From positions 2,144,001 to 2,208,000 of the forward strand of contig CBDCDS010000003.1 in assembly GCA_965215365.1 (NCBI GenBank): a DNA stretch of 64,000 bases. The letters run 5' to 3'. This document shows positions 1-11,525 of this stretch, in pieces (within the stretch, counting starts at the first letter, position 1; each line of letters opens with the position of its first letter). Below the pieces are notes generated by a model. It made no database searches and was not told the DNA's origin. It saw only the letters and a program-made list of their open reading frames with translations. Source of the DNA: Gammaproteobacteria bacterium. GTDB taxonomy: Bacteria; Pseudomonadota; Gammaproteobacteria; Eutrophobiales; Eutrophobiaceae. The position numbers and the translations under genes are program-made.

Positions 1-398
1 ATCACCAGCATCAGCATGGCAAAGGTGAACAAGGAGATATAACTGAAAAAGCGCTGGTAGCCCGGATCGTCGCGCATATAACCGATAGTATAGATATGGA
101 TCATCCAGGACACGAAGCTGACCACCACCATCATCGTTACGGACAACTGGTCCACCAGGAAACCCACTGAAAAGCGCAACTCACCCAGTTTCAGCCAGGT
201 ATAAAGCTCGGCGTTGTAAATCTCACCGCCATCGATCATGACATATTTGTACGCGTACAGGGACAGCACGGCAGCGATCCCCACACCGATGATTGTCACC
301 CAGTGCGCGCCGCGCCGGCCGATGTGGCGTCCGCCGAGGCCGGCAATAATCGCCCCGGCTAACGGCGCCAGCACGATGGCAAGATAAACCTGCTCCAT
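1..398 (-). CDS. nuoL: NADH-quinone oxidoreductase subunit L, 5' part (runs off the window edge)
   Basis: Minus strand reads MEQVYLAIVLAPLAGAIIAGLGG...FLVDQLSVTMMVVVSFVSWMIHIYTIGYMRDDPGYQRFFSYISLFTFAMLMLV; follows nuoK. Confidence 0.95.
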   Translation of the reverse strand, partial: MEQVYLAIVLAPLAGAIIAGLGGRHIGRRGAHWVTIIGVGIAAVLSLYAYKYVMIDGGEIYNAELYTWLKLGELRFSVGFLVDQLSVTMMVVVSFVSWMIHIYTIGYMRDDPGYQRFFSYISLFTFAMLMLV

Positions 399-400
399 AT

Positions 401-706
401 TCATCCCTTGAGCCGATCCAGGTCCGCGACGTTGATGGTGCTGCGATTCCGGAACAACACGACCAGAATAGCCAGGCCGATGGCCGCTTCGGCAGCGGCA
501 ACGGTGAGGATGAAAAACACAAACACCTGACCGTGGATATCACCGAGAAAATGGGAAAATGCCACAAAATTCAGGTTCACCGAGAGCAACATCAACTCAA
601 TGCACATCAACAGGATAATGACATTTTTCCGATTGATGAAAATACCCGCCACACTGATGCAGAACAGGATTGCGGCCAGAATCAGGACTTCGTTAAGTGC
701 AATCAT
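401..706 (-). CDS. nuoK: NADH-quinone oxidoreductase subunit K
   Basis: 101 aa with [13 protein letters not shown] and [15 protein letters not shown] motifs; operon position. Confidence 0.97.
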   Translation of the reverse strand: MIALNEVLILAAILFCISVAGIFINRKNVIILLMCIELMLLSVNLNFVAFSHFLGDIHGQVFVFFILTVAAAEAAIGLAILVVLFRNRSTINVADLDRLKG

Positions 707-709
707 AAG

Positions 710-1312
710 TTATTCAGCCGACCCCGTATCCATGTTGACGAGGCGCACCCGGTCGGCGCGCCGGGTACTGACCTGCTGACCCGGTTTCGGCGTGCGGCGG
801 GCGCGCGACGGGCGCATAGTCAGGCCGATGGCCGCAATAATTGCCACCAACAGTATGGCGCCAGCCACCTCGAAGGGGTAGAGGTATTCGCGGAACAGAG
901 TGCGGCCAAGCAGGCGGGTATTGCCGACCGCAGCTTCAACCTGCGCCATGCCGGCGCTGAGGTCGGGCAGAATGTCGGCGCGGCCTACAATCAGCGCCAG
1001 GGCGGCCAGCATCAGCACGGCTACCAGCAGCCCGATAGGTAAAAACCGCGCAAACCCCTCGCGCAGAGTCGAAATGTTGAGGTCCAGCATCATCACCACG
1101 AACAGGAACAGCACCATCACCGCGCCCACATACACCAGCACCAGTGCAATGGCTAGGAATTCCGCATGCAGCAACAGCCAAATCGCAGCACTGGAAAAAA
1201 ATGCCAGGATCAAAAACAGCGCCGCATGCACCGGGTTGCGCACGGTAATCACCATGCTGGCTGAGATGACCAGCAGGGCCGCAAAAATATAAAAAACAGA
1301 CTGCTCCACCAT
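710..1312 (-). CDS. nuoJ: NADH-quinone oxidoreductase subunit J
   Basis: RNPVHAALFL, VYVGAVMVLFLFVVMMLD, YLYPFEVAG. Confidence 0.97.
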   Translation of the reverse strand: MVEQSVFYIFAALLVISASMVITVRNPVHAALFLILAFFSSAAIWLLLHAEFLAIALVLVYVGAVMVLFLFVVMMLDLNISTLREGFARFLPIGLLVAVLMLAALALIVGRADILPDLSAGMAQVEAAVGNTRLLGRTLFREYLYPFEVAGAILLVAIIAAIGLTMRPSRARRTPKPGQQVSTRRADRVRLVNMDTGSAE

Positions 1313-1314
1313 GG

Positions 1315-1800
1315 TTAGCGGTACAGGGCTTCGGCGGCGCGATCACGTGCGATTTGTTCTTCTGCCAGATCGCCGACTTCGAGCAAACGCTGCTTGGTCA
1401 TAAGCAGGTCGGCGCGCTGTTCGCCGTGGTACTCGTAGATACGTGTCTCAACAATAGAGTCGACCGGGCAGGACTCCTCGCAGAAGCCGCAAAATATACA
1501 CTTTGACAAGTCTATGTCATAACGGGTGGTGCGACGGCTGCCGTCATCCCGTTGTTCGGATTCGATAGTGATGGCTACGGCCGGGCATACTGCCTCGCAC
1601 AGCTTGCAGGCTATGCAGCGTTCCTCGCCGTTGGGGTAACGACGCAGTGCATGCAGCCCTCGGAACCGGGGCGACTGCGGGGTCTTCTCCTCCGGGTACT
1701 GCACGGTCACCTTGCGCCGGAACAGGTAACGCCCGGTCAGCTGCAGCCCCTTGAGCAGCTCCCATAACAGAAAACTCCGGAAATGGTCTTTAATTTTCAT
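1315..1800 (-). CDS. nuoI: NADH-quinone oxidoreductase subunit I
   Basis: Two [4Fe-4S] motifs, [12 protein letters not shown] and [12 protein letters not shown]; start placed at ATG 1800. Confidence 0.97.
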   Translation of the reverse strand: MKIKDHFRSFLLWELLKGLQLTGRYLFRRKVTVQYPEEKTPQSPRFRGLHALRRYPNGEERCIACKLCEAVCPAVAITIESEQRDDGSRRTTRYDIDLSKCIFCGFCEESCPVDSIVETRIYEYHGEQRADLLMTKQRLLEVGDLAEEQIARDRAAEALYR

Positions 1801-1802
1801 TA

Positions 1803-2921
1803 TCAGTTGAACCAAGGACCGACTCCAGCCACGACCATGCCGGAAATAACGACTATCCAGACCATGGTAATGGGCAGGAACACTTTCCAGCCCAGGCGCA
1901 TGATCTGGTCATAACGATAACGCGGGAACGTCGCCCTGAGCCACAGGAACAGGAATAAAAATGCCGAGGTTTTGAGTAGCAGCCAGAGTATATTCGGCTC
2001 ACTCAGCCAAGTCAGCTCGCCCACCACTGGCATGCCCTGAAACGGCGATAACCAGCCGCCGCAAAAAAGCACTGCGGTGAGCACGGCGATGAGCACCATA
2101 TTGGCATATTCAGCCATGAAGAAAATGGAAAATGCCATGCCGCCATACTCAACGTGGAAGCCGGCCACCAGTTCTGATTCACCCTCGGCCACGTCAAACG
2201 GCGCGCGGTTGGTCTCAGCCACGCCGGATATAAAATACACTAGGAAGATGGGTAGCAACGGCAACCAGTACCAGTGCAGGATGCTGCCGCTCTGTGCCAT
2301 AATGATCTGCCCTAGGTTCAGGCTGCCGGCCGCGATCAGTACGCATACCAGCGCAAAGCCCATGGCGATCTCGTAGGAAACGATCTGAGCGGCGGAGCGC
2401 ATGGCACCTAGGAAGGCATACTTGGAATTCGAGGCCCAGCCGGCAATGATAATGCCGTACACGGCCAGCGAAGTGAGCGCCAAGATGTACAGCAGGCCGG
2501 CATTGATATCAGCCAGCACTAGGGTGTCATCAAACGGGATGACCGCCCAAGCGGCCAAAGACGGAGCGATGGCCAATACCGGCGCCATGACGAACAGGCG
2601 TTTATTGGCACCGGTGGGGATGATGATCTCCTTGAAGAGCAGCTTGACGGCATCGGCGACGGGCTGTCCTAATCCCCACAGGCGCCGCCCGATGAAGCCT
2701 ACGCGGTTGGGCCCTATACGGCATTGAATATAGCCGATAACCTTGCGCTCTGCATACGTCATGTAGGCCACACAGGCCAACAACGGCAATATGATAGCTG
2801 CGATCTTCACCAGTGTTTCCAGCGTGTACAGCGTATAATCAGCGTAACTGTCTGGAACCACCAAGGAGACCGCCGGCGCCAGCAGCCAGTCACTGATCAG
2901 GTTGAACAGCTGCTCAATCAT
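1803..2921 (-). CDS. nuoH: NADH-quinone oxidoreductase subunit H
   Basis: [52 protein letters not shown]; start ATG 2921 overlaps the nuoG stop. Confidence 0.97.
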   Translation of the reverse strand: MIEQLFNLISDWLLAPAVSLVVPDSYADYTLYTLETLVKIAAIILPLLACVAYMTYAERKVIGYIQCRIGPNRVGFIGRRLWGLGQPVADAVKLLFKEIIIPTGANKRLFVMAPVLAIAPSLAAWAVIPFDDTLVLADINAGLLYILALTSLAVYGIIIAGWASNSKYAFLGAMRSAAQIVSYEIAMGFALVCVLIAAGSLNLGQIIMAQSGSILHWYWLPLLPIFLVYFISGVAETNRAPFDVAEGESELVAGFHVEYGGMAFSIFFMAEYANMVLIAVLTAVLFCGGWLSPFQGMPVVGELTWLSEPNILWLLLKTSAFLFLFLWLRATFPRYRYDQIMRLGWKVFLPITMVWIVVISGMVVAGVGPWFN

Positions 2922-5295
2922 GCTCAACCCCGGTGACCGAGACTCTGCCGGCCAGCGGGCCCAACCCGGCGCTGTCGGCATGGCCGCCGTGGATTAACAC
3001 ACAGTCATCCGCCACGGTGTGATCGATCTGTAACGGCAGCCGTACCCGGCCCGATTGGCTGCTCACCTCCACGAGCCCGGAGCCGCCCAACTCCAGCTTG
3101 TTGGCAGTTTTTTCGTTGACATGCACCAACCCGTCGGCAACATCACCGGTCTGTTGCAGGGCCGGGGCATGACGCACTAACGAGTCCACCGAATTCATGG
3201 GCACATAACCGATACGTTCCAAGCCTGCGTCCGCAGCTACGACCGGTAGCGCCGGTGGGGCGCCCAAAGCGCTGGCGGTATCGGGCTGAACTTTGTCCGC
3301 CAGCGCCAGCACCGTTGCGCGCACCGCCTCGAACCCGGCATACTTGAACCCTTCAAGGCCCAGGCTGCCGGCTATGGAGCAAAATATCTGCCAAGCCGGA
3401 CGGGCGCTGCCCGGCGGCGCTACCGCCGCCTCAAAGCACTGCCGGCGTCCTTCCAGATTCAGGAATGAGCCCGGATTTTCTGCATACAAGGCCATCGGCA
3501 ATAACACCTGGGCATAGTCCAGCGCGCGTCTGTAGCCGGTCACCGCAATGACGCATTCAACACGGGACAGCGCATCCCGAGCCTGTTTCCCGTCAAAAAA
3601 ATCCAGTTCTGGTTCTGCATTCAGCAACAGGCAGGCGGCCAGCTCATGCTTCAACATGGCGCCGGCATCCAGGCCGTTGGCGGCGCCGACCATGCCCGGC
3701 AACCGGTGCGGCACCGCCCCGGCCAGCCAGGCACCGGCGCTGTTGGCGCCGTAGTCCAAGCAACCGAAGGTGCCGGTAAGCCGTTGCGCCAGAGTTGCGC
3801 CCAGGTAACGCAATACGGAAAAATGCGGATGAGAAATGCCCAGGCTACCGATGAACACCGCCGGCCTGCCGGCGGTACTGAGTGCCTGTGCCAACGTTTC
3901 GTGCCGGGCACTCGGGCGCACCTCTGCCAGCAACCGGCTCAGCTCTGCATCCGGGTCCTGGTCGCCGACCACGGCTTTTACCACCGCCGCAACCTCCATG
4001 ACCAAGCGCTCGGGGGCTGTGATTTGTTTGTGAGCCAGTTCAAAGTTGAAATCAAAATCCACCGGATTGATCACCATCACCCGGGCGCCGGCGCGCGCCG
4101 CCTGGCGCAGCCGGTGGTTGAAGATAGGCTGATCCTTGCGCGGGAAACCACCGATGAGCAGCACCGCATCAAGCTGCTCAACCTGTTGCAGGGTAAGACC
4201 CAGGCCGGGAGCGGCCGGCGCCTGATCCTGGTCGGTGAAATCAGTTTGCCGTAAACGATGGTCGATATTGTCAGAGCCCAGCCCGCGCAGCAGTTGCTGC
4301 GCCAGATAGCACTCCTCAGAGGTTGCCGAAGGCGAAATCAGCGCGCCGATGGAACCCGCGCCCTGCTCTTTGGTAATGGCTTGAAGTTTGTTTGAGACAT
4401 ACTCAATGGCTGTTTGCCACCCGACTTCGTGCCAGCCCTGTTCATCTCTGAGCATGGGAGCGGTCAGACGTTCGGCGCTGTTCAGGCCCTCATAACTGAA
4501 GCGATCGCGATCGGACAGCCAGACCTCGTTAACGTCTTCGTTTGCAGCCGGGGCCACGCGTTTGACCTGGTCGTTTTTGACATGAAAATGGATATTTGAG
4601 CCTACCGGATCATGTACGGCGACCCCTTCGTGCTGAGTCATCTCCCAGGTACGGGCACGAAAGCGGAACGGCTTGGAGGTCAGCGCGCCCACCGGACACA
4701 GGTCTATGACATTGCCAGACAGCTCGGAGGTCATGCTCTTTTCAATATAGGTACCGATCTCCATGAATTCACTGCGCCCGGTCGCGCCCAGCTCACGCAG
4801 ACCGGCAATTTCTTCGCCAAAACGCACGCAACGGGTGCAATGGATGCAGCGGGTCATGTCGGTCTGCACCAGCGGCCCGATGTTCTTGTCCCGCACTACC
4901 CGCTTGTTTTCTTGGTAGCGGGATACATCTCTGCCGTAGCCCATGGCCAAGTCCTGCAACTCGCATTCCCCGCCCTGGTCACAGATGGGACAATCCAGCG
5001 GGTGGTTGATGAGCAGGAATTCCATGACCGATTTTTGCGCATCCAACGCCAGCGCCGAGCGAGTATGAACTTTCATGCCGGGCGCCACCGGCGTGGCGCA
5101 GGCAGGCAACGGTTTGGGCGCTTTTTCCACCTCCACCAGGCACATGCGGCAGTTGGCGGCCACGCTCAATTTGTGGTGGTAACAAAAGCGCGGTACATAG
5201 TTGTCGATCCGGTCAGTCACTTCGATCAGCATCTGCCCGGGCTGCGCTTCGACTGCCCGCCCGTCAATCTCGATTGTTATGGAATCATCAGGCAT
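2914..5295 (-). CDS. nuoG: NADH-quinone oxidoreductase subunit G
   Basis: [43 protein letters not shown]. Confidence 0.97.
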   Translation of the reverse strand: MPDDSITIEIDGRAVEAQPGQMLIEVTDRIDNYVPRFCYHHKLSVAANCRMCLVEVEKAPKPLPACATPVAPGMKVHTRSALALDAQKSVMEFLLINHPLDCPICDQGGECELQDLAMGYGRDVSRYQENKRVVRDKNIGPLVQTDMTRCIHCTRCVRFGEEIAGLRELGATGRSEFMEIGTYIEKSMTSELSGNVIDLCPVGALTSKPFRFRARTWEMTQHEGVAVHDPVGSNIHFHVKNDQVKRVAPAANEDVNEVWLSDRDRFSYEGLNSAERLTAPMLRDEQGWHEVGWQTAIEYVSNKLQAITKEQGAGSIGALISPSATSEECYLAQQLLRGLGSDNIDHRLRQTDFTDQDQAPAAPGLGLTLQQVEQLDAVLLIGGFPRKDQPIFNHRLRQAARAGARVMVINPVDFDFNFELAHKQITAPERLVMEVAAVVKAVVGDQDPDAELSRLLAEVRPSARHETLAQALSTAGRPAVFIGSLGISHPHFSVLRYLGATLAQRLTGTFGCLDYGANSAGAWLAGAVPHRLPGMVGAANGLDAGAMLKHELAACLLLNAEPELDFFDGKQARDALSRVECVIAVTGYRRALDYAQVLLPMALYAENPGSFLNLEGRRQCFEAAVAPPGSARPAWQIFCSIAGSLGLEGFKYAGFEAVRATVLALADKVQPDTASALGAPPALPVVAADAGLERIGYVPMNSVDSLVRHAPALQQTGDVADGLVHVNEKTANKLELGGSGLVEVSSQSGRVRLPLQIDHTVADDCVLIHGGHADSAGLGPLAGRVSVTGVEHD

Positions 5296-5353
5296 GTTGC
5301 TTTTGCCACGGGGCTACGCTCGCGCTTTCGGCACAAACCGTAACAGTAAACTA

Positions 5354-6646
5354 TTAATGAGCATTAACAAGGCTTTGCCCCTGGTTTTTTATCATATACT
5401 CAAACTCGTGCCGGTAGTGTTTCATGAAGCTTTGCACCGGCCAGGCGGCGGCATCGCCCAGCGCACAGATGGTGCGCCCCTCTATCTTATTGGCAACATC
5501 CACCAGCTTGTCCAGGTCGGCCATAGTACCCTGGCCGTCGATGATACGGGACAGCATGCGGTAGAGCCAACCGGTGCCTTCCCGACATGGCGTGCATTGG
5601 CCGCAGGATTCGGCAAAATAGAAACGGGAGATGCGTTGCAGCATTTTAACCATGCAGGTGCTCTCGTCCATCACCACCACCGCGCCGGAACCAATGGAAG
5701 AGCCGGCGGCGCGCAGGGAATCATAATCCATATTGGTTTCCAGCATGATTTCGCCCGGCACCACCGGCACTGAGGAACCGCCGGGAATCACCGCTTTCAA
5801 TTTGCGCCCGTTCCATACGCCGCCGGCCAGCGCCAGCAACTCACGGAAGGGCATACCCAGCGGCACCTCGAAGTTGCCTGGCGCGACCACGTGACCACTG
5901 ACGGAAAAGCACTTGGCGCCGCCGCTGTTTGCCACACCCAGGTCGGCGAACCATTGTGCTCCTTTCAGGATGATAGCTGGCGCCGAGCAGAAACTTTCGG
6001 TGTTGTTGATGGTGGTGGGCCGGCCGTACAAACCGTACTGGGCCGGGAACGGCGGTTTGAAGCGAGGTTTGCCCGGTTTGCCTTCCAATGATTCCAATAG
6101 CGCGGTTTCTTCCCCACAAATATAGGCGCCGGCGCCCAGCACTGCATGAACATCGACATTTACGCCGGAACCAAGAATGTCCCGGCCCAGGTAGCCGGCA
6201 GCGTAAGCCTCCTGCACGGCGCCGGCGAAGCGCTGGTAGGGCTCATCCATAAACTCACCGCGGATATAATTATAGGCTACCGCCGCGCCCATCGCATAGC
6301 AGGCGATGGCCAGCCCTTCCACCAGCGCGTGCGGGTTAAAACGCAGAATGTCCCGGTCCTTGCAGGTGCCGGGTTCGCTTTCGTCGGAATTACACACCAC
6401 GTACTTCGGGTTGGGTGCGTCCGGGTTCATAAAACTCCACTTCAAGCCGGTGGGAAAACCGGCGCCGCCGCGTCCGCGCAGGCCAGAACCCTTGATCTGT
6501 TCGGTGACCTCACGGGGTGGAATTTTTTCCTCAAGAATCTTCTTCCAGGCTGCGTAGCCGTCCACCCGGTAATAATTTTCCAGCGTCCACGGTTGCTCGT
6601 ATTTGAGCGTGGCGTAACAGACCGAATTGATGCCGTTGGCGCTCAT
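5354..6646 (-). CDS. nuoF: NADH-quinone oxidoreductase subunit F
   Basis: GLRGRGGAGFPTGLKWSF, GAGAYICGEETALLESLEG, ESCGQCTPCREG. Confidence 0.97.
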   Translation of the reverse strand: MSANGINSVCYATLKYEQPWTLENYYRVDGYAAWKKILEEKIPPREVTEQIKGSGLRGRGGAGFPTGLKWSFMNPDAPNPKYVVCNSDESEPGTCKDRDILRFNPHALVEGLAIACYAMGAAVAYNYIRGEFMDEPYQRFAGAVQEAYAAGYLGRDILGSGVNVDVHAVLGAGAYICGEETALLESLEGKPGKPRFKPPFPAQYGLYGRPTTINNTESFCSAPAIILKGAQWFADLGVANSGGAKCFSVSGHVVAPGNFEVPLGMPFRELLALAGGVWNGRKLKAVIPGGSSVPVVPGEIMLETNMDYDSLRAAGSSIGSGAVVVMDESTCMVKMLQRISRFYFAESCGQCTPCREGTGWLYRMLSRIIDGQGTMADLDKLVDVANKIEGRTICALGDAAAWPVQSFMKHYRHEFEYMIKNQGQSLVNAH

Positions 6647-7131
6647 TATTCCAGCCCGTCCAGCACGGCATCGACTTTGTCCGGGGTCAGGTTTTCATAA
6701 TATTTATGGTCCACCATCATCATGGGAGCGCCACAGCAGGCGGCCAGACATTCCTCTTCCTGTTTCAGATAGACACGGTTGTCGGCGCTGCTCTGACCCA
6801 CTTTTATCCCCAGTTTGTTCTCGATATGGGCGACGATCTCGTCGGCGCCGCGTAACATGCAGGAGATATTGGTGCATACCGACACGCTGTGGCGCCCGCA
6901 AGGCTCGGTCTCCAGCATGGAATAAAAACTGGCGACCTCGTACACGGCAATGCGCGGCAGGTGCAGATAGTCAGCCACTGCGTCCATCAAACCTTCGGTC
7001 AGATAGCCCTGGTTTTCATGTTGCGCGGCACGCAAGGCCGCAAGCACTGCGGACTGCTTTTGCCCGGCCGGGAAAATCGCGAGCCAACGCTCGACCTCCT
7101 CCTGCACGTGTTTTGATAACCCTTCGCTCAC
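6646..7131 (-). CDS. nuoE: NADH-quinone oxidoreductase subunit E
   Basis: [2Fe-2S] motifs VCTNISCMLRG and ECLAACCGAP; GTG start. Confidence 0.96.
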   Translation of the reverse strand: MSEGLSKHVQEEVERWLAIFPAGQKQSAVLAALRAAQHENQGYLTEGLMDAVADYLHLPRIAVYEVASFYSMLETEPCGRHSVSVCTNISCMLRGADEIVAHIENKLGIKVGQSSADNRVYLKQEEECLAACCGAPMMMVDHKYYENLTPDKVDAVLDGLE

Positions 7132-7152
7132 CCGGTAACCTCCTCCATTCCG

Positions 7153-7246
7153 TGAAAGCCAGCCGTTTGTTCGAGTATGAGACGTAGCGCATATTTTGCA
7201 GTGCCAGATACCATAACAAAGTAATCGGACAAGCGGCTGGCTTTCA
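7153..7246. repeat. 94-bp element with 22-bp inverted arms between nuoD and nuoE
   Basis: TGAAAGCCAGCCGTTTGTTCGA (7153-7174) vs reverse complement of 7225-7246 TGAAAGCCAGCCGCTTGTCCGA; 20/22 identical. Confidence 0.8.
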
Positions 7247-8500
7247 TCATCGGTCTATCTCGCCGAAGACTATATCCTGCGTCCCAATCACAGCCACCAC
7301 ATCTGCCAGCATGTGTCCCTGTACCATCTCGTGCAGGGCGGACAGGTGGACAAAACCCGGCGCGCGTATTTTCAGCCGATACGGTTTGTTGGCGCCATCG
7401 GAGACCAGGTAGATGCCAAACTCACCCTTGGGGTGCTCAATCGCGGCATACACGTCACCGGCGGGGATGCAATAGCCTTCGGTGAACAGTTTGAAGTGGT
7501 GGATCAGTGATTCCATATCATCTTTCATGGTCTCGCGCCGGGGCGGGACCAGTTTATGGTCATCAATGACGACCGGACCCGGATTGGCGCGCAGCCAGTC
7601 CACACACTGGCGGATAATGGTATTGGACTGGCGCAGCTCTTCCACGCGCACCAGATAGCGGTCATAACAGTCTCCGTTCATGCCCACCGGGATGGCAAAG
7701 TCCAGTTGCTCATAGACTTCATAGGGCTGTTTGCGGCGCAGATCCCATTCCACGCCCGACCCGCGCAACATAGGGCCGGTAAAACCCAGCGCAATGGCCC
7801 GTTCCGGCTCGACTACGCCAATGCCCACAGTGCGCTGTTTCCAGATACGGTTATCGGTGAGCAGCGTTTCATATTCATCTACACGCCCGGGGAATTGTTC
7901 GGTGAACGCGGCGATAAAATCCAGCAGTGACCCCTGGCGGGCCTCATTCATACTCGCCACTTCTTTAGCGGAGCGGTTGGCAGTGACCTGGTAATGCGGC
8001 ATCTGCGCCGGCAAATCCCGATAGACGCCGCCGGGGCGGTAGTAAGTGGCGTGCATACGGGTGCCTGAAACCGCTTCGTAGCAGTCCATCAGGTCTTCCC
8101 GCTCGCGGAAGCAGTACAGGAACATGCTCATGGCGCCGATGTCCAGGCCGTGTGCGCCCAGCCACATCAGGTGGTTGAGAATGCGGGTAATCTCGTCGAA
8201 CATGACCCGGATGTAGCGCGCCCGGATCGGCGGGGTGATGCCCAGCAGCTTTTCAATGGCCAGCACATAAGCGTGCTCGTTGCACATCATGGACACGTAA
8301 TCAAGGCGGTCCATGTAACCGATGCTCTGGTTATAGGGTTTACTCTCGGCCAGTTTTTCCGTGCCCCGATGCAACAGTCCGATATGCGGGTCGGCGCGCT
8401 CGATCACTTCCCCTTCCATCTCCAGCACCAGGCGCAACACGCCATGCGCGGCCGGATGCTGCGGACCGAAATTCATGGTCATGTTACGGATTTCAGGCAT
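7247..8500 (-). CDS. nuoD: NADH-quinone oxidoreductase subunit D
   Basis: [34 protein letters not shown]. Confidence 0.98.
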   Translation of the reverse strand: MPEIRNMTMNFGPQHPAAHGVLRLVLEMEGEVIERADPHIGLLHRGTEKLAESKPYNQSIGYMDRLDYVSMMCNEHAYVLAIEKLLGITPPIRARYIRVMFDEITRILNHLMWLGAHGLDIGAMSMFLYCFREREDLMDCYEAVSGTRMHATYYRPGGVYRDLPAQMPHYQVTANRSAKEVASMNEARQGSLLDFIAAFTEQFPGRVDEYETLLTDNRIWKQRTVGIGVVEPERAIALGFTGPMLRGSGVEWDLRRKQPYEVYEQLDFAIPVGMNGDCYDRYLVRVEELRQSNTIIRQCVDWLRANPGPVVIDDHKLVPPRRETMKDDMESLIHHFKLFTEGYCIPAGDVYAAIEHPKGEFGIYLVSDGANKPYRLKIRAPGFVHLSALHEMVQGHMLADVVAVIGTQDIVFGEIDR

Positions 8501-8511
8501 GACGAAAGGGG

Positions 8512-9168
8512 TTATTTCCCGACATAACGATTATCGTGCCTTATGGTCTTAGGCACCAATACCCGGTTTTTGATGGAGACCGGCTGATAGACCACCCGGC
8601 CTTCCTCCGGGTCGTAGCGCACTTCCACATCCCCTTCCAGCGGGAAGTCCTTGCGGAACGGGTGCCCACGGAAACCGTAGTCGGTGAGGATGCGGCGCAG
8701 GTCAGGATGGCCGTCGAAGAGAATGCCGAACAGATCGAATGCCTCTCGTTCAAACCAGTTGGCGCCCGGCCAGACCGGGGTGACCGAGGCGATCCGGGGT
8801 GGCTGCCCGGAGAGGAAACTACGTACTCTCAGGCGTCGGTTATGGGGCAGGGACAGCAGGTGGTAAACCACTGCAAAGCGGTCTTCCCGGTCTTCCGTAT
8901 CGATATACACGCCCTGGCTGACGCCGCGACTGAAGCCGGTGCGGGTAGTATCCCGGGTTTCCCAGTCGGCCTTGCCGTAGGCCAGATAATCGACGCCACA
9001 CAGGTCGGTCAGTTGATTGAATGCCAGAGCAGCATCGTCTCTCAGAGTCAGGCAAGCTGCGCTGATAGCGTCAGCCTTGACCTCAATAGTCAGCTGGCCG
9101 GTTTCCACACTGCCACTGACGATGGCAGCGCCCAAGCGCGCGCGCAGGTCGTTGAGAAGCGTATCCAT
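8512..9168 (-). CDS. nuoC: NADH-quinone oxidoreductase subunit C
   Basis: DLCGVDY and [40 protein letters not shown]; start ATG 9168, alternatively GTG 9213. Confidence 0.95.
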   Translation of the reverse strand: MDTLLNDLRARLGAAIVSGSVETGQLTIEVKADAISAACLTLRDDAALAFNQLTDLCGVDYLAYGKADWETRDTTRTGFSRGVSQGVYIDTEDREDRFAVVYHLLSLPHNRRLRVRSFLSGQPPRIASVTPVWPGANWFEREAFDLFGILFDGHPDLRRILTDYGFRGHPFRKDFPLEGDVEVRYDPEEGRVVYQPVSIKNRVLVPKTIRHDNRYVGK

Positions 9169-9190
9169 ATCAGGGTGAGACAGTACGGCC

Positions 9191-9679
9191 TTATCTTCTG
9201 ATGGTGTTGACACCGGTACGCCTGATCTTTTTCTGCAACTGCAACACCCCGAACAGCAACGCCTCTGCCGTCGGGGGGCAACCCGGCACGTAGATATCCA
9301 CCGGCACGATACGGTCGCAGCCGCGCACGACGGAATAGGAGTAATGGTAATAGCCACCGCCGTTGGCACAGGACCCCATGGAAATGACCCACTTGGGATC
9401 CGGCATCTGGTCATACACCCGACGCAGGGCCGGCGCCATCTTGTTCACCAGGGTGCCGGCAACGATCATCACATCGGACTGCCTGGGGCTGGGACGGAAT
9501 ATCACGCCGAAGCGATCCAGATCATAACGGGAGGCGCCGGCGTGCATCATCTCCACTGCACAACAGGCCAGACCAAACGTCATCGGCCACAGGGAGCCGG
9601 TACGCGCCCAGTTCACGAGGTTATCCACCGTGGTAGTCACAATACCGGGATGGTGAATTTTCTCTTCAGTGTCAGTCAA
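9191..9679 (-). CDS. nuoB: NADH-quinone oxidoreductase subunit B
   Basis: [32 protein letters not shown]. Confidence 0.98.
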   Translation of the reverse strand: MTDTEEKIHHPGIVTTTVDNLVNWARTGSLWPMTFGLACCAVEMMHAGASRYDLDRFGVIFRPSPRQSDVMIVAGTLVNKMAPALRRVYDQMPDPKWVISMGSCANGGGYYHYSYSVVRGCDRIVPVDIYVPGCPPTAEALLFGVLQLQKKIRRTGVNTIRR

Positions 9680-9684
9680 TCACT

Positions 9685-10041
9685 CTACTCCCACTCCAGC
9701 GCGCCCTTGCGCCATTCATAAATGAACCCGACCACCAGCACCGCCAGGAACAGCATCATCGCCCAAAAACCAACCATGCCGATGTCTCGCAACGCCACCG
9801 CCCAGGGAAAGAAAAAGGCAATTTCCAGGTCAAAAATGATAAACAGGATGGCGATCAGATAATAACGCACGTCGAACTGTATCCTGGCATCCTCAAAGGC
9901 ATCAAAACCGCATTCGTAAGGCAACTGCTTGGCGCTATCCGGCCGCTTCGGCCCCAGCAAGTAGCCCAACACGAAAAATGCGCCACCCAAACCGAGGCCG
10001 ACAACCAAGAATATGAGAATTGGCAGGTAGTTTTCCAGCAT
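9685..10041 (-). CDS. nuoA: NADH-quinone oxidoreductase subunit A
   Basis: [32 protein letters not shown]. Confidence 0.98.
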   Translation of the reverse strand: MLENYLPILIFLVVGLGLGGAFFVLGYLLGPKRPDSAKQLPYECGFDAFEDARIQFDVRYYLIAILFIIFDLEIAFFFPWAVALRDIGMVGFWAMMLFLAVLVVGFIYEWRKGALEWE

Positions 10042-10258
10042 GGAGGGGGATTATACCCGGATCACGCGGAGAAAAAAATACTTTGTTCAGGTTCAATACC
10101 CACAACTTGACCCTGCCGGCCGGATTGGTACTGAATGGGCAAAGTGAAATAAAGCGTGAATTAGGTGCCGGTATAACCGGAGTAGCAGGCGAGCTCACCA
10201 ACACGCTCCTTCCAGCCGTCGGCGTACAGTCAGTGCCGTTTATATCGGTGAGGGCCGC

Positions 10259-11329
10259 TCAGAAGCCGGGGACCGGGAGGGGTGTCTGCGCCTTGGTCTT
10301 AATCACAACCTGATCAAATTCTGATTGCAGGTTATCCCGGAGGGGTTGCGGCAAGCCTCTCAGCGCATCACTGTCTGGCGGGTAATCGTGCAGGTAGTCC
10401 TTGAGCAGTTGCAGCACGGCGATTCCCTGTCTTTTGTCACGCACTTTCTTTACCGGCGACCGGTCGGCCCGCCCTGACAGCCAGAGTTTATAGGCGGCAA
10501 ACACCCTAGGGTCAGGGACATCGAATACCACCGGTAAACCGTCATTCCCGATCACGGTGGTGCTCACAACGGGCGCGGCGTACAGCCAGTCAAGATTGCG
10601 GAGCTCGACCGCAATGAGGTCAACAGGATCGTGGCGGCGTCTCGTAAGGGAGGTCTGGGAGGGTTTATGGGGCTGTGCCGGCGCCGGCTTGATCAGGTCC
10701 ACCATATATCCCCTTGCATTGGTGGCGCGATACGGCGCATTCGGCATACGCTCGAAGGTTCGGTCCGCTTTTTTGAGCAGCGATAACAATCCTCCGACAG
10801 GTTCAACCACAGCGAGATTCAGTTTTCTCTTAACATCCCACATCAGGTCGATGTCCTCAGATGCCAACAAGGCCGGATCTAAGTGCACGCCCGCTATGTT
10901 TTCATAAGCGAACAGCGCGTTGGTACCGACCACAATGAGCGGATGAGAACCGGTGTTGACAAGGCGGATAGAACGCGCAACATCTGCCGCAATTTTCGGC
11001 ACCCGGTTAATTCCTGCCGCAATACAAAACCCGCGCTGCTGCGCCAATCGGTCCAGCAGCGACTTACGCCTCTCGCCCAGTTCGGCTTTTCTGGCATGGA
11101 AATTATCGTATATTTCCTGGGTACGCGCGTCCCTTGCCCCCAGGCTTTTGCCATCGCCGCGGCTGTTACGTTGCCTGAACAGGTAGTCCTTGCCGTTGAC
11201 TTTTTTCCATCGCATGGAACCGCGGTGGCTGCGAAATTGCGAATCCGCCGCCAGATAGGCTTCGTACAGCTGAGATACGTCAATCAGGATGCGTCGCGCA
11301 TTTTCATTTATCTCACTGATATTCATCAC
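10259..11329 (-). CDS. GSU2403-family (NTP_transf_8-like) nucleotidyltransferase-fold protein
   Basis: GSMRWKKVNGKDYL...SLGAR N-terminal segment, VVGTNALFAYE, SEDIDL (DxD), GYMVDLI, VPDPRVFAAYKLWLS...KKVRD. Confidence 0.8.
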   Translation of the reverse strand: MMNISEINENARRILIDVSQLYEAYLAADSQFRSHRGSMRWKKVNGKDYLFRQRNSRGDGKSLGARDARTQEIYDNFHARKAELGERRKSLLDRLAQQRGFCIAAGINRVPKIAADVARSIRLVNTGSHPLIVVGTNALFAYENIAGVHLDPALLASEDIDLMWDVKRKLNLAVVEPVGGLLSLLKKADRTFERMPNAPYRATNARGYMVDLIKPAPAQPHKPSQTSLTRRRHDPVDLIAVELRNLDWLYAAPVVSTTVIGNDGLPVVFDVPDPRVFAAYKLWLSGRADRSPVKKVRDKRQGIAVLQLLKDYLHDYPPDSDALRGLPQPLRDNLQSEFDQVVIKTKAQTPLPVPGF

Positions 11330-11374
11330 TTTTGCCTTAAAAGTTTTATTTTCTGTCAGGTTAAGGATAAAGTG
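11327..11374. promoter_or_regulatory. 14-bp imperfect inverted repeat at the nucleotidyltransferase start (candidate operator or hairpin)
   Basis: CACTTTTGCCTTAA (11327-11340) vs reverse complement of 11361-11374 CACTTTATCCTTAA; 12/14, in an AT-rich upstream region. Confidence 0.5.
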
Positions 11375-11525
11375 TTTATAAATAAATAGTTAGAGAATTA
11401 TAGCGCGAGATACTGGTCGATGTCAAAAAAATACTATAGGCCACCTCTAATTAATAGATGTGACCTTTTGAGCTTCTGCCCGGCCGACAGTATCTTTCGA
11501 TAGCAGCCCTGTGGCAGTCAACGCA

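Noticed and set aside
10042-10258. tRNA-Leu expected upstream of nuoA
   Set aside because: No cloverleaf, T-loop GTTCGA motif or CCA end was recognisable on either strand.
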